DNA of 64,000 nt, taken from the NCBI GenBank assembly GCA_040220235.1, contig JAVJTO010000011.1. One strand, given 5' to 3'. Shown piece after piece: positions 19,797-29,561 of this stretch. Every line of letters begins with the position of its first letter. The stretch's first letter is position 1. The notes below the pieces were generated by a model that worked only from the letters and a program-made list of their open reading frames with translations, did no database searches and was not told where the DNA came from. Both the position numbers and the translations under genes were made by a program. This DNA comes from Coleofasciculus sp. B1-GNL1-01. GTDB taxonomy: Bacteria > Cyanobacteriota > Cyanobacteriia > Cyanobacteriales > Coleofasciculaceae.

Positions 19797-20705
19797 TTAA
19801 TATACAGCGCTTGGCGTTTTCTCATCAAAGGAAAGGTATTGTTTATTTTTTTCTACTCCGTTGCTATCCTGTCGCTTATTTCCGGATGCAATTGGCTGCT
19901 GTTGCATCTCCCAACTCTTGAGAACAATCAGATATTCGTAGAATGCCTGTAGTGTACACCAAGCAAAACCGGCTTGACCATCTAGACAACCACCGAGGAA
20001 AAAATACATATAAATGAAGCGCAGCAAAGGTCTGAAGGGAAGACGCAAAGACAAATCTTTTAACGCCCGCCGTCGTTCGACTTCTGATTGACCCACGCAC
20101 AAATTCCACCAATTCACTCGTCCCTGTTCGAGTTGTCGCAACGTTTCAGCCGCCTCATTAGTGGAGTAGCGATTATGCTTGTCAATCCAGCGCGTCAAGC
20201 CTTTTGAACAGGTATAGTGAGGATAGGTTTCGTTTAGGAAACCTGTGAAACCGTTACAAACTTCTCGTTCAGTGTGACCATAATCTGTAAACCAGACCTT
20301 ATCTTTCTGGAACAGGCGCAATTGATAGCGGGGATACTGGGTGCTGTGGCGAATCCATTTACCCATAAACAGGACTCGTTCTGCCACATAATAGCCGATG
20401 TGTTTGGGATTTTGGATAGTGTCCAGACATTCTTGGAACAGTTGGGGAGTCATACGTTCATCCGCTTCTAGAATGTAGACCCATTCATATTTGGTAGGAA
20501 TCGCTTCCAGCATCCAGGTGCGTTGTTTTCCGTGACTTTCAAATTTATGCTGTAATATTCGGACGGGATAGCGGGAGGTAATTTCAATCGTGCGATCTGT
20601 GCTGAATGAGTCTACAACAATGACATCATCTGAAAGCAGGGCTGATTCAATACAGGCAGCGATGTCTAATTCTTCATTATGGGTGAGGATGTAAATGGAA
20701 AACAT
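19797..20705 (-). CDS. Glycosyltransferase family 2
   Basis: MFSIYILTHNEE, VVDSFSTD and ILEADE motifs; ATG 20705 preferred. Confidence 0.9.
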   Translation of the reverse strand: MFSIYILTHNEELDIAACIESALLSDDVIVVDSFSTDRTIEITSRYPVRILQHKFESHGKQRTWMLEAIPTKYEWVYILEADERMTPQLFQECLDTIQNPKHIGYYVAERVLFMGKWIRHSTQYPRYQLRLFQKDKVWFTDYGHTEREVCNGFTGFLNETYPHYTCSKGLTRWIDKHNRYSTNEAAETLRQLEQGRVNWWNLCVGQSEVERRRALKDLSLRLPFRPLLRFIYMYFFLGGCLDGQAGFAWCTLQAFYEYLIVLKSWEMQQQPIASGNKRQDSNGVEKNKQYLSFDEKTPSAVY

Positions 20706-20862
20706 GAGTAGTGTTGCGTGAATTGCTATTAGATATAGCACTCCGAGATAGGTTTTGGATGAAGTTTAATAGTTTATTCAAAAAGGGAGACCTCCCCAGG
20801 TATTTTTAGTGAGTGGTCTCCATGCAGAAGCCATGTTTTTTGAGTGGCTTAAGGCTATATAC

Positions 20863-21594
20863 TTAAGCCTTGCGCTGTTGTTTACGCTTGAAAGCTGAGC
20901 CAGCGCCTAGAACGCTTACTGCTAAGAGTCCCAGAACAGAAGCGGGTTCGGGGGTCACTGCAACCTTATCAACCAATAATCCGGACTCGAAAATGCGATT
21001 ATCGACATCGGTAACACCAATTCCTAAACTATATGTTCCAGTGGTTGGGATTACATAAGAAAATTCCTCAAACCCTGTCTCATCAGAAAATTCTGTTAAC
21101 GAGTTCATGAAGCTTAAGGAAGTATCGCCTAATTCATTTAAAGATGTAAGTGAAACAAAAGCAAAGTCATTGAAGCTAAATGGATCGTCGTCAAAGTCTA
21201 GCTCATCTGTCAGAAAATTCCAATGAAACTTTACAACTTGACCTGCCTTTGCCGTGAATGTTTGTTTGATAGCAGAGCCTTCAGTTGCATCTCCATTTCC
21301 CAGAGCATCCAAGCTGCCCGAAGGTAATCCGAGAAAGGATTCTAACTGAAAATCATTAATTGAACTCGTCCGTAGTAACGCTTGAAAATCTCCTTCCTTG
21401 GGACCACTACCAAACGCGGATGTCTCAATACTAGTATCACCGAGAGTTTGCCATCCGTCAAAATTACCTGTCTCAAACCCACCATTAACTATAGAAGCAT
21501 AGGAAGATTCGACACCGAATAGAGTTGAAAATCCAACCAAACTAACGAAGCTGGCTGCAAAGGCTGAAAGTTTGATAAGGGTAGAAGTAGACAT
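20863..21594 (-). CDS. PEP-CTERM exosortase-target surface protein
   Basis: Signal peptide, NGGFETG, and a C-terminal TPEP followed by a TM helix and basic tail (KRKQQRKA). Confidence 0.9.
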   Translation of the reverse strand: MSTSTLIKLSAFAASFVSLVGFSTLFGVESSYASIVNGGFETGNFDGWQTLGDTSIETSAFGSGPKEGDFQALLRTSSINDFQLESFLGLPSGSLDALGNGDATEGSAIKQTFTAKAGQVVKFHWNFLTDELDFDDDPFSFNDFAFVSLTSLNELGDTSLSFMNSLTEFSDETGFEEFSYVIPTTGTYSLGIGVTDVDNRIFESGLLVDKVAVTPEPASVLGLLAVSVLGAGSAFKRKQQRKA

Positions 21595-21707
21595 ATAACT
21601 CGTTTCTCCAAAAGGTAAAAGCTATTTATTTAGCTGTCATTCGGTAGCTTAAACTGTCTCTTCAGCGCTGTCAGTAGCAAAAAGTAGCAACATCTCGAAG
21701 CAGTTTT

Positions 21708-21840
21708 ATAAAGTTCCCATGAAGAAGTCACCCTCTTTATGAAGCGTTTGTAAAACAGTAGGCAGGTTTTGTAAAGTTTTCATAAAGAAGTTGGTCAGGT
21801 TTATCAAGCTTGTGTAAAACAGTAGGCAGGTTTTATGAAG
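21708..21840 (+). promoter_or_regulatory. Array of RTRAAG boxes at 11-bp period, including a 22-bp direct repeat
   Basis: Box pairs at 21708/21719, 21739/21750, 21771/21782 and 21803/21814. TGTAAAACAGTAGGCAGGTTTT occurs at 21749-21770 and 21813-21834. Confidence 0.6.
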
Positions 21841-21887
21841 TTCAGGTCAACTTGCCCACAGGTGTGTCTATAGGAGTAAAAATACTC

Positions 21888-23330
21888 ATGCGTCTTGAAG
21901 AAGCACTTGAACTCTTGCAATCCTTTGTCTATACCCAAACCCAGCAACACTTAAATACTCTGCAAATGGCTGTCCTGCGGGGATCTTGGGAACATCAATC
22001 CTATGAGCAAATTGCCGAAACTTACTGTTTCTCCAGCGCTCACGCCAAGACAGTTGGTGCCAAGTTATGGAACTTTCTATCCCAAGTGCTTGGTACAAAA
22101 GTTAATAAGAAGAATTTTTCAGTAGTTCTGCAACGTAAAGCGAAAGAGTGGATGGTAGAGAAAGCAATCGATATAGCCACTCAGTCCGTTTGTCCAGAAA
22201 TATCGTGCCAAACTCCATTATCTGTTACATCCGCTACAAAAAATTGTGCCACATCTTGCATCAGCCCTGAATTACCCGGAGGTCAAGTTCCGCTAGAGTC
22301 TTCCTTTTATATAGAACGTCCTCCCATTGAAGAACGCTGCTACGATGCTATTGGACAACCAGGTGCATTAATTCGCATTCATGCTCCCACGCAAATGGGT
22401 AAAACATCCCTAATGGCAAAAATTCTACAGCAAGGAAGATGGCAAGAGTATCATACTGTAACCTTAAGCTTTCAGCTTGCGAGTAGCCATGTTTTGAGTA
22501 ATCTCGATAAATTCTTACAATGGTTCTGCGCCAGCATTGGTAAAAGTTTAGGGTTACCGAATCAAGTGGCTGATTATTGGGATACTATTTTGGGTGGCAA
22601 ATCCAGTAGCACGGATTATTTTGAGAACTATGTGTTAGCAGAAATCGACAGCCCTATCGTTATTGGCTTAGATAATGTTGAAGTAATCTTTCAATACCAG
22701 GAAATTGCCTCAAATTTTTTTTGCCTGTTGCGAACCTGGAATGAGAAAGCTAAGTACGGAAATAGCCTGAGCCGAGTCTGGGAAAAACTGCGGCTAGTCG
22801 TCGTTTATTCAACCGAGATTTATATGCCCTCGATTGTTAAGCACTCACCGTTTAATGTGGGACTATCAATAGGGTTGCCAGAATTTACCTGGGAGCAGGT
22901 ACAAGATTTGGCATGGCGTCATGGACTCAATTGGGATATTGATCAGGTAAAACAGCTCATGTCTCTAGTTGGGGGTCATCCCTATCTGATCCGAAAGGCA
23001 CTTTATCACATTTGGCAACAAGATTTTACCCTAGAAGAGTTGTTAGCTAAGTATACCAGAAAAGTGAGAATTTACAGTGAATACCTGTGTCAGCAATTAT
23101 CGAATCTGCGACAGTACCCAGAACTTTATTCAGCATTTACCCAAGTGACAACTTCGCAAAAACCTGTGGAATTAGAATGGGAGCAAGCCTTACAATTACA
23201 GACCATGGGATTGGTGCATCTAAAAGGCGATCGCGTGCTGCCTAGCTGCAATTTGTATCGTCAGTATTTTAACGTCTCAGCGTCTCATCTACAGGAGTTC
23301 CACCCTAAATCCGGGAAAGCCGAAATATAA
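21888..23330 (+). CDS. N-terminal HTH domain plus AAA_35 NTPase
   Basis: VLRGSWEHQSYEQIAE..GAKLW..LS..LG.KVNKKN HTH; PGGQVPLESSFYIERP, APTQMGKTSL and GGHPYL. Confidence 0.82.
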   Translation: MRLEEALELLQSFVYTQTQQHLNTLQMAVLRGSWEHQSYEQIAETYCFSSAHAKTVGAKLWNFLSQVLGTKVNKKNFSVVLQRKAKEWMVEKAIDIATQSVCPEISCQTPLSVTSATKNCATSCISPELPGGQVPLESSFYIERPPIEERCYDAIGQPGALIRIHAPTQMGKTSLMAKILQQGRWQEYHTVTLSFQLASSHVLSNLDKFLQWFCASIGKSLGLPNQVADYWDTILGGKSSSTDYFENYVLAEIDSPIVIGLDNVEVIFQYQEIASNFFCLLRTWNEKAKYGNSLSRVWEKLRLVVVYSTEIYMPSIVKHSPFNVGLSIGLPEFTWEQVQDLAWRHGLNWDIDQVKQLMSLVGGHPYLIRKALYHIWQQDFTLEELLAKYTRKVRIYSEYLCQQLSNLRQYPELYSAFTQVTTSQKPVELEWEQALQLQTMGLVHLKGDRVLPSCNLYRQYFNVSASHLQEFHPKSGKAEI

Positions 23331-23479
23331 AGCGGAAGCGGCTTGTCAACTATCCACTTTTAAACGTTTAAAGCAATAAGTGCGATCGCAGAATATCCTT
23401 GCTTTCCTGGAGAATGGCGCAAGATGTGAGATTGCTCCAGAATAGTGCAAGTGACCCACTACGCCGTAAGATCTAAAAC

Positions 23480-25903
23480 ATGATCTACCAACCACCGCGC
23501 CCAACTATCCCTGAGAGTACCTGGCACCGTCCAATTGGACAGGGCTGGGAGAATCCTTATACTGTACGCTATGCCAGTAATCTGGATGATGGACCCTGGC
23601 ATGGTATGCCCCTTGGTGGATTTGGCGCAGGTTGTCTGGGGCGATCGCCACGGGGAGATTTTAATCTATGGCATCTGGATGGGGGAGAACATACCTTTAA
23701 ATCTTTGCCAGCTTGCCAGTTTAGTGTGTTTGAACAGCCAGAAAACCAAGACGCCCAAGCTTATGCCCTTTGCACCGAACCCCCAGAGGATAGCAGTTTG
23801 GGCAAATGGCAATGGTATCCCACTGGGGAAACGTCAAACGTCACTACAGGAACCTATCACGCCCTTTATCCCCGCAGTTGGTTTGTCTACGAGAATATAT
23901 TTCAAACAGAGTTAACCTGCCAACAGTTTTCCCCAATTTGGGCGGAGTGTTATCAGGAAAGCAGTTATCCAGTGGCGGTGTTTGAATGGACTGCCCATAA
24001 TCCCACCGATCAGCCGATTACCTTAAGTATTATGCTTACCTGGCAGAATATGGTGGGCTGGTTTACCAACGCAATTCAGCATCCTCAAGTTCAAGTACGA
24101 GATGATGGGAGTCCAGTTTACGAGTATCAACCCCGTTGGGGCAATAGTACGGGGAATTATAATCAGTGGATTGTGGATAATTTCCGCGTGGGTTGTCTGT
24201 TAGATCGGGTGAGGTTGCGGGATGAAATTGAAGAAGGCGAAGGGCAACTCTGTTTTGCCACGGTGACGAATCCCAGTCAGGAGGTATTTTATCACTGTCG
24301 CTGGAATCCCACAGGCGATGGATCGGAGGTGTGGAATACGTTTGCCAGTGATGGAAGTCTGAGTGATGTGCAAGACGAAACCCCGGCTGAACCCGGAGAA
24401 CAAATTGCAGGTGCGATCGCGGTACGGGTAAGACTGCGCCCAGGTAGAACCCGGAAAATCCCGTTTATCCTGGCGTGGGATTTTCCGGTAACTGAGTTTT
24501 CGGCTGGAGTTAAATATTACCGCCGTTATACTGATTTCTTTGGGCGCACCGGGAATAATGCCTGGTCAATGGTTCGCACCGCCCTTAAACATTCTGACCT
24601 TTGGCAAGAGAGAATTTTATCCTGGCAAAATCCAATTTTACAGCGTCAGGATTTACCCAATTGGTTCAAAATGGCGCTGTTTAATGAACTCTATTTACTA
24701 TCGGCTGGGGGAACAATTTGGAGTTCGGCAAATGAACGCAATCCAGTAGGTCAGTTCGGGGTGTTGGAATCCTTTGATTATCGTTGGTACGAAAGTTTAG
24801 ATGTGCGGCTGTATGGATCATTTGCCCTAGCAATGCTGTGGTCAAGATTGGATAAAGCGGTATTGGAAGCCTTTGCCCGGGCAATTCCCACGAGTGATGA
24901 TACGCCTCGAATTATTGGTTACAACCAAGCCACAGCGATTCGCAAAGCCGCTGATGCGACACCTCACGATTTAGGTGCAGCGAATGAGCATCCGTGGGAG
25001 AAAACCAACTACACCAGTTATCAAGATTGTAATCAGTGGAAGGATTTACCCTGTGATTTTGTTTTGCAGGTGTATCGAACCTTTGTGTTTACAGGGTCAA
25101 AGGATATTGAATTTTTAGCCGAATGTTGGTCAGCGATTGTCAAGGCGCTGGCGTATCTGAAAACCTTTGATCAGGATGGGGATGGGATTCCGGAAAACTC
25201 CGGCGCACCGGATCAGACGTTTGATGATTGGCAGTTGCAGGGCGTTAGCGCCTACTGTGGTGGACTATGGTTAGCCGCCTTAGAAGCCGGAAGCGCGATC
25301 GCCCAAATTCTCTTGGACAACTACACCCTGGTTTTTTCCATTAATCTACCTGATCCAGAGGTGATTCAACAAACCCTGAACAACTATCAGCAATGGCTAA
25401 AACAAGCGAAACCGATTTATCAAGAAAAACTCTGGAATGGTCAATATTATCGCCTGGATAGCGACAGTGATTCCGATGTGGTGATGGCAGATCAACTTTG
25501 TGGTCAATTCTATGCAAAATTATTAGGATTGCCAGATATTGTTCCCCCAGAATGTACCCAATCGGCATTAAAAACGGTTTACGAGTCTTGTTTCTTAAAG
25601 TTCCATAATGCCCAATTTGGTGCAGCCAATGGAGTAAAACCCGATGGTTCTCCCGAACATCCGGATGCGACACATCCCTTAGAGGTGTGGACTGGGATTA
25701 ATTTTGGACTAGCGGCATTTTTAATTCAATTGGGGATGAAGGATGAAGCATTAAAACTAACTGAATCAGTCGTCAGACAAGTCTATGAAAATGGATTACA
25801 ATTCCGCACCCCAGAAGCGATTACACCGATTGGCACATTTCGGGCAGGTCATTATCTGCGGGCGATGGCAATTTGGGCAGTTTATTTGACGTTGAGTCAA
25901 TAG
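23480..25903 (+). CDS. Glycoside hydrolase family 116 (GBA2-like beta-glucosidase)
   Basis: GMPLGGFGAG, LESFDYRWYESLDV, PHDLG, PDQTFDDW and EVWTG. Confidence 0.92.
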   Translation: MIYQPPRPTIPESTWHRPIGQGWENPYTVRYASNLDDGPWHGMPLGGFGAGCLGRSPRGDFNLWHLDGGEHTFKSLPACQFSVFEQPENQDAQAYALCTEPPEDSSLGKWQWYPTGETSNVTTGTYHALYPRSWFVYENIFQTELTCQQFSPIWAECYQESSYPVAVFEWTAHNPTDQPITLSIMLTWQNMVGWFTNAIQHPQVQVRDDGSPVYEYQPRWGNSTGNYNQWIVDNFRVGCLLDRVRLRDEIEEGEGQLCFATVTNPSQEVFYHCRWNPTGDGSEVWNTFASDGSLSDVQDETPAEPGEQIAGAIAVRVRLRPGRTRKIPFILAWDFPVTEFSAGVKYYRRYTDFFGRTGNNAWSMVRTALKHSDLWQERILSWQNPILQRQDLPNWFKMALFNELYLLSAGGTIWSSANERNPVGQFGVLESFDYRWYESLDVRLYGSFALAMLWSRLDKAVLEAFARAIPTSDDTPRIIGYNQATAIRKAADATPHDLGAANEHPWEKTNYTSYQDCNQWKDLPCDFVLQVYRTFVFTGSKDIEFLAECWSAIVKALAYLKTFDQDGDGIPENSGAPDQTFDDWQLQGVSAYCGGLWLAALEAGSAIAQILLDNYTLVFSINLPDPEVIQQTLNNYQQWLKQAKPIYQEKLWNGQYYRLDSDSDSDVVMADQLCGQFYAKLLGLPDIVPPECTQSALKTVYESCFLKFHNAQFGAANGVKPDGSPEHPDATHPLEVWTGINFGLAAFLIQLGMKDEALKLTESVVRQVYENGLQFRTPEAITPIGTFRAGHYLRAMAIWAVYLTLSQ

Positions 25904-26122
25904 TTTCCACGCGATCGCCTTGTGCTGGATCTCGTGGAATTAAGCCCGGTTGAGTCCAAGCAAGCGTAAATACCCAAACCAAATCCCTGCCAATTTTCAT
26001 CCACGCGATCGGGGAAATTATCCTACCAATAGGGTTGAGGGATATAAAAGTAAATTGGGGGGAATTGTCCAATCCTAGAAACGTAACTTACTCAAAACTA
26101 TTACGCTATCCTTATAGTTAAC

Positions 26123-26611
26123 ATGATTGTCGGTACAACAGAAGCGGCTAAAATTTTAAATATCTCTACAGCTCGACTGAGAGTCCTGCTGCTCCAAGGC
26201 AGAGTGGAAGGCGCTTACAAGACCGGGAGGATGTGGTTAATGCCTCTATTTAATGGCAAACCACTGATTCAGCGAGGGAAAAGAGGTCCAGCTCCTCGTT
26301 GGCGCAATCCCAGAAAGCCCGCGAAAACTATCATTCACGTTAATTCACAGAGAATTCGACAGAATCAAAAACATAATTCACACCAGCCAGTGATTACGGT
26401 GAAGAAGTGGTGCGACCCCAGGACCCTGATTGGAGCTAATGATCAGGCGACCCAAACTGGCAATAGGAATGTCTATGGTCATGAGGTGGAAATACCGGGA
26501 GGATGCCGGGTTGTTTATCGTCCCGATAGTCCCAGATGTGGTGCTAAGGTTTGGATCGAAACGTTTTACAACGTCAAGGTGATTTCTTGGCAGGAGGATG
26601 ACTCTTCCTGA
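26123..26611 (+). CDS. Excisionase-like HTH DNA-binding protein with a conserved C-terminal domain
   Basis: GTTEAAKILNISTARLRVLL..GRVEGAYK.GRMW HTH; C-terminal TIIHVN..PVITVK..YGHEVEI..VVYRPD..CGAKVWIET. Confidence 0.75.
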   Translation: MIVGTTEAAKILNISTARLRVLLLQGRVEGAYKTGRMWLMPLFNGKPLIQRGKRGPAPRWRNPRKPAKTIIHVNSQRIRQNQKHNSHQPVITVKKWCDPRTLIGANDQATQTGNRNVYGHEVEIPGGCRVVYRPDSPRCGAKVWIETFYNVKVISWQEDDSS

Positions 26612-26717
26612 CCGAAAACTTGGGTCACAAGCCTCCCCCTGCCATCGGGACTTTTTGAATAATCGTCCGGACGTTTATTCAAAAGTAGTGTATATTGGGG
26701 CAAGGAGGTGATGCAAG

Positions 26718-28033
26718 TTGTTTAAGCTGTCATGCATTTAAATTGGGTATTAGTAGCGAGCAAGATGCTCGCACTACAAGGATTTCACCATTATTGACAT
26801 TAAGGTTTAAATGCCGAACAGCTTAATCTAACCTACGAGTTCAAACTCAAGCCCACAAAAACTCAGATAGCCATCTTTGAAGATTGGTTAGAGCAGTGCC
26901 GCCGCGTGTATAACTACGCATTGCGTGAACGCAAGGACTGGTATAACTCTCGTAAGTGTCAGATTAACGCTTGCTCACTCCGATCTGAATACATCATTTC
27001 GGCTGATGCTCCTAGACCTACGTATGCAAGTCAATGCCGTGGATTAACCGTAGCACGGGCTAATATTCCTGTGCTTAAAAAAGTACAGGTTCATGTCCTC
27101 CAACAGACACTTAGACGCCTAGAAAAAGCGTTTGTCAGTATGTGGGAGGGCGGTCACGGTTTCCCTCGGTTCAAAAAGTTTGGCAGAATGCGGTCTTTTG
27201 TATTCCCTCAATTGGGGAAAGAACCCATTCAGGGAAACAGGGTTAAGTTGCCCAAAATTGGGTTAGTTAAGTTTAACCAATCACGCCCAATACCAGAAGG
27301 GGCAACTCTCAAGCAAGGGCGTGTAGTTAAGCGTGCATCAGGCTGGTACGTCATGTTAACCCTACAATGGGCGATTGATGTACCTCAACCGATGCCCCAT
27401 GGAGAGCCAATAGGTCTAGATGTAGGAATTAGCCATTTTGTAGCTGTCTCAAACGGTAGATTATTCCCCAATCCTAAGCCATTTCGGAAACTTGAGCGCA
27501 AGCTTAAATTGCTGCAACAAAGGGTATCTAGAAAGCGGCTAGGGAGTAATAATCGCCAAAAAGCACAAGCCAAAGTCAGCCGATTGCATGAACGGATAGC
27601 CAACATTAGGAAGAATTACCACTGGGAGTTAGCACATAATCTTTGTGATTGGGCGGGTATGATATTCGTTGAATCACTTAACCTAAAAGCATTAGCAAAA
27701 GGAATGTTAGGTAAACACTGCCTGGATGCTGGCTGGGGTCAATTCCTTCAGGTACTAGAACAATGTTGCTTTAAGCGTGGTGTATTCTTCCTAAAAACAG
27801 ACGCCAAAAAGACTAGCCAGATATGCCCGAATTGCTTAACCGAAACTTCTCAAAAGCTACTGTCTGAGCGTGTCCATTCATGCGGTCACTGCGGCTACAC
27901 CACCGATAGGGATGTCGCTGCCGCACAAATAGTCTGTATTCGTGGACAAAGAGCCGTGGGACACACGGTTAAGATGCTTTCTGAGGGTAAATTCATAGGA
28001 ATCCCTACGACGGAAGAATCACCGTCCTTATAG
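26718..28033 (+). pseudogene. tnpB: TnpB RNA-guided nuclease gene interrupted at codon 2-3 by a MITE
   Basis: RuvC IGLDVG, IFVESL and DRDVAAA plus Zn ribbon CPNC/CGHC are intact. Removing the MITE restores TTG-TTT-AAT-CTA-ACC-TAC (MFNLTYEFKLKP) behind the RBS AGGAGGTG. Confidence 0.9.
26723..26825. mobile_element. MITE family A, copy 2, inserted in tnpB with TA duplication
   Basis: Same termini and length as 185-287. Confidence 0.92.
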
Positions 28034-28068
28034 GGCGGTGAGTGTCAATTGTCCCAAGTCGCGTTAAA
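27900..28068 (+). ncRNA. Predicted TnpB omega/reRNA overlapping the 3' end of tnpB; guide about 28049-28068 (TTGTCCCAAGTCGCGTTAAA)
   Basis: Inferred from the established TnpB architecture and the visible right end; the 5' boundary is a guess. Confidence 0.5.
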
Positions 28069-28134
28069 GATAGCAAATAAACAGGAAACCTTTTCTTGAT
28101 TAATTCGCGATCGCGCCTCCTGGGTGTCTTAGAT

Positions 28135-28213
28135 ATGAGTAGCGAGTTGCCTGGATCGCACTACCAGAAGGGGAAGGATTATTGGCGTTATGGTTTAAAT
28201 GCTGAACAGCTTA
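28135..28213. mobile_element. Degenerate, left-truncated MITE family A copy
   Basis: AGTAGCGAG..TCGCACTAC ... GGTTTAAATGCTGAACAGCTTA matches the right part of family A. Confidence 0.7.
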
Positions 28214-28445
28214 GATGTGCGATAGAGCTAATGTCGTATTTTTTCTCATATCATTTAATTGAAAAAATACAGCTAATATTTCACTAAATTTTACAAAAAG
28301 TAAAATCTGTTAATGAAGAGAGAAAATTCGGCTTTCTGTATGAAGATTCGGTAAAGATTTTCTGTTGACTAATTTTTGAGTTGCCGATTACTCCTAATAT
28401 AAATAACGAACAACGTTTGTGGCTTTCATCGAGAGTACAAGGCTC

Positions 28446-29528
28446 ATGGTGCATCAATCGCCATTCTCCTCGACGAATTCCCCGTCATTAGAAATAACGG
28501 GTTCTCGGCAATTCACGGCTTGGTTAGCCGAGCAACATCTCAGTCTGGCGTTTACGACCTATCAAGCTGGCAAGGTATTTTTTATTGGAGTACAGCCAAC
28601 GGGACAGTTATCAATCTTTGAGCGCACGTTTGAGCGGTGTATGGGGTTGTGTATCGATGGTTCCACCCTTTATTTGAGTTCACTTTATCAGGTATGGCGA
28701 TTTGAAAATGTTCTGGAAGCAGGACAAGTTCACAACGGGTATGACTGTCTTTATGTGCCGCAAGTGGGGTATGTGACGGGGGATTTAGATGTCCATGATG
28801 TGGCGGTGGTCGATCCCCCTGTAACCCCCCATCCCATCTTTGTCAATACCTTATTTAGCTGTTTAGCCACAGTGAGCGAAACCCACAGTTTTATCCCCTT
28901 ATGGCAACCCCCGTTTATTTCTAAGCTGGCGGCGGAAGATCGGTGTCATTTGAATGGTTTAGCGATCGCACAGGGAGAACCCAGGTATGTGACAGCCGTG
29001 AGTCAGTCCGATGTTGCTGATGGCTGGCGGGATAAACGGCGCGATGGGGGTTGTGTGGTGGATGTGGGGAGTAATCAGGTGATTTTGACGGGGTTATCGA
29101 TGCCTCATTCACCGCGACTGTATCGGGAGAAGCTCTGGTTGCTCAATTCTGGCACAGGGGAGTTTGGATATGTTGACTTAGAACGGGGGAGTTTTGAGTC
29201 GGTAGCCTTTTGTCCGGGGTATTTGCGCGGGTTGGCGTTTAGTGGGGATTTTGCCATTGTCGGGTTATCGAAACCGAGGGAGAATAAGACGTTTTCGGGT
29301 TTGGCGCTGGATGAGAAGTTAGAGAGTAAGCAGGCTGAACCGCGATGTGGGTTATTCGTGATTGATTTGCGGAGTGGGGATATTGTCCATTGGTTGCGAA
29401 TTGAGGGAATAGTCACGGAATTGTATGACGTGGCGGTATTGCCAGGAATGCGGCGTCCGATGGCGATCGGGTTTAAAACGGATGAAATTCGGCGTATTGT
29501 CAGGGTTGGTTCTGTTGAAGAAAAGTAA
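28446..29528 (+). CDS. TIGR03032 (DUF4915) family protein
   Basis: SLAFTTYQAGK, FERCMGL, EDRCHLNGLA, GLSMPHSPR and FCPGYLRG. Confidence 0.88.
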   Translation: MVHQSPFSSTNSPSLEITGSRQFTAWLAEQHLSLAFTTYQAGKVFFIGVQPTGQLSIFERTFERCMGLCIDGSTLYLSSLYQVWRFENVLEAGQVHNGYDCLYVPQVGYVTGDLDVHDVAVVDPPVTPHPIFVNTLFSCLATVSETHSFIPLWQPPFISKLAAEDRCHLNGLAIAQGEPRYVTAVSQSDVADGWRDKRRDGGCVVDVGSNQVILTGLSMPHSPRLYREKLWLLNSGTGEFGYVDLERGSFESVAFCPGYLRGLAFSGDFAIVGLSKPRENKTFSGLALDEKLESKQAEPRCGLFVIDLRSGDIVHWLRIEGIVTELYDVAVLPGMRRPMAIGFKTDEIRRIVRVGSVEEK

Positions 29529-29561
29529 TATAGTAACTGAAACCTGACGAAGAAATTTACT

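Larger units (their letters stand above)
26613..28048 (+). mobile_element. IS200/IS605-family (IS1341-type, tnpB-only) element
   Basis: The right end is a hairpin (TCACCGTCCT-TAT-AGGGCGGTGA) followed by GTGTCAA. The left end is inferred after TGAC (26609-26612). No tnpA in the element. Confidence 0.75.

Noticed and set aside
19522..19828. Two 62-aa ORFs downstream of the GT2 gene
   Set aside because: No recognisable family or clear start; could be a decayed gene but unsupported.
21749..21834. 22-bp direct repeat with a 42-bp spacer as a mini-CRISPR
   Set aside because: Only two units, not palindromic, and the spacer is built from the same hexamer boxes.
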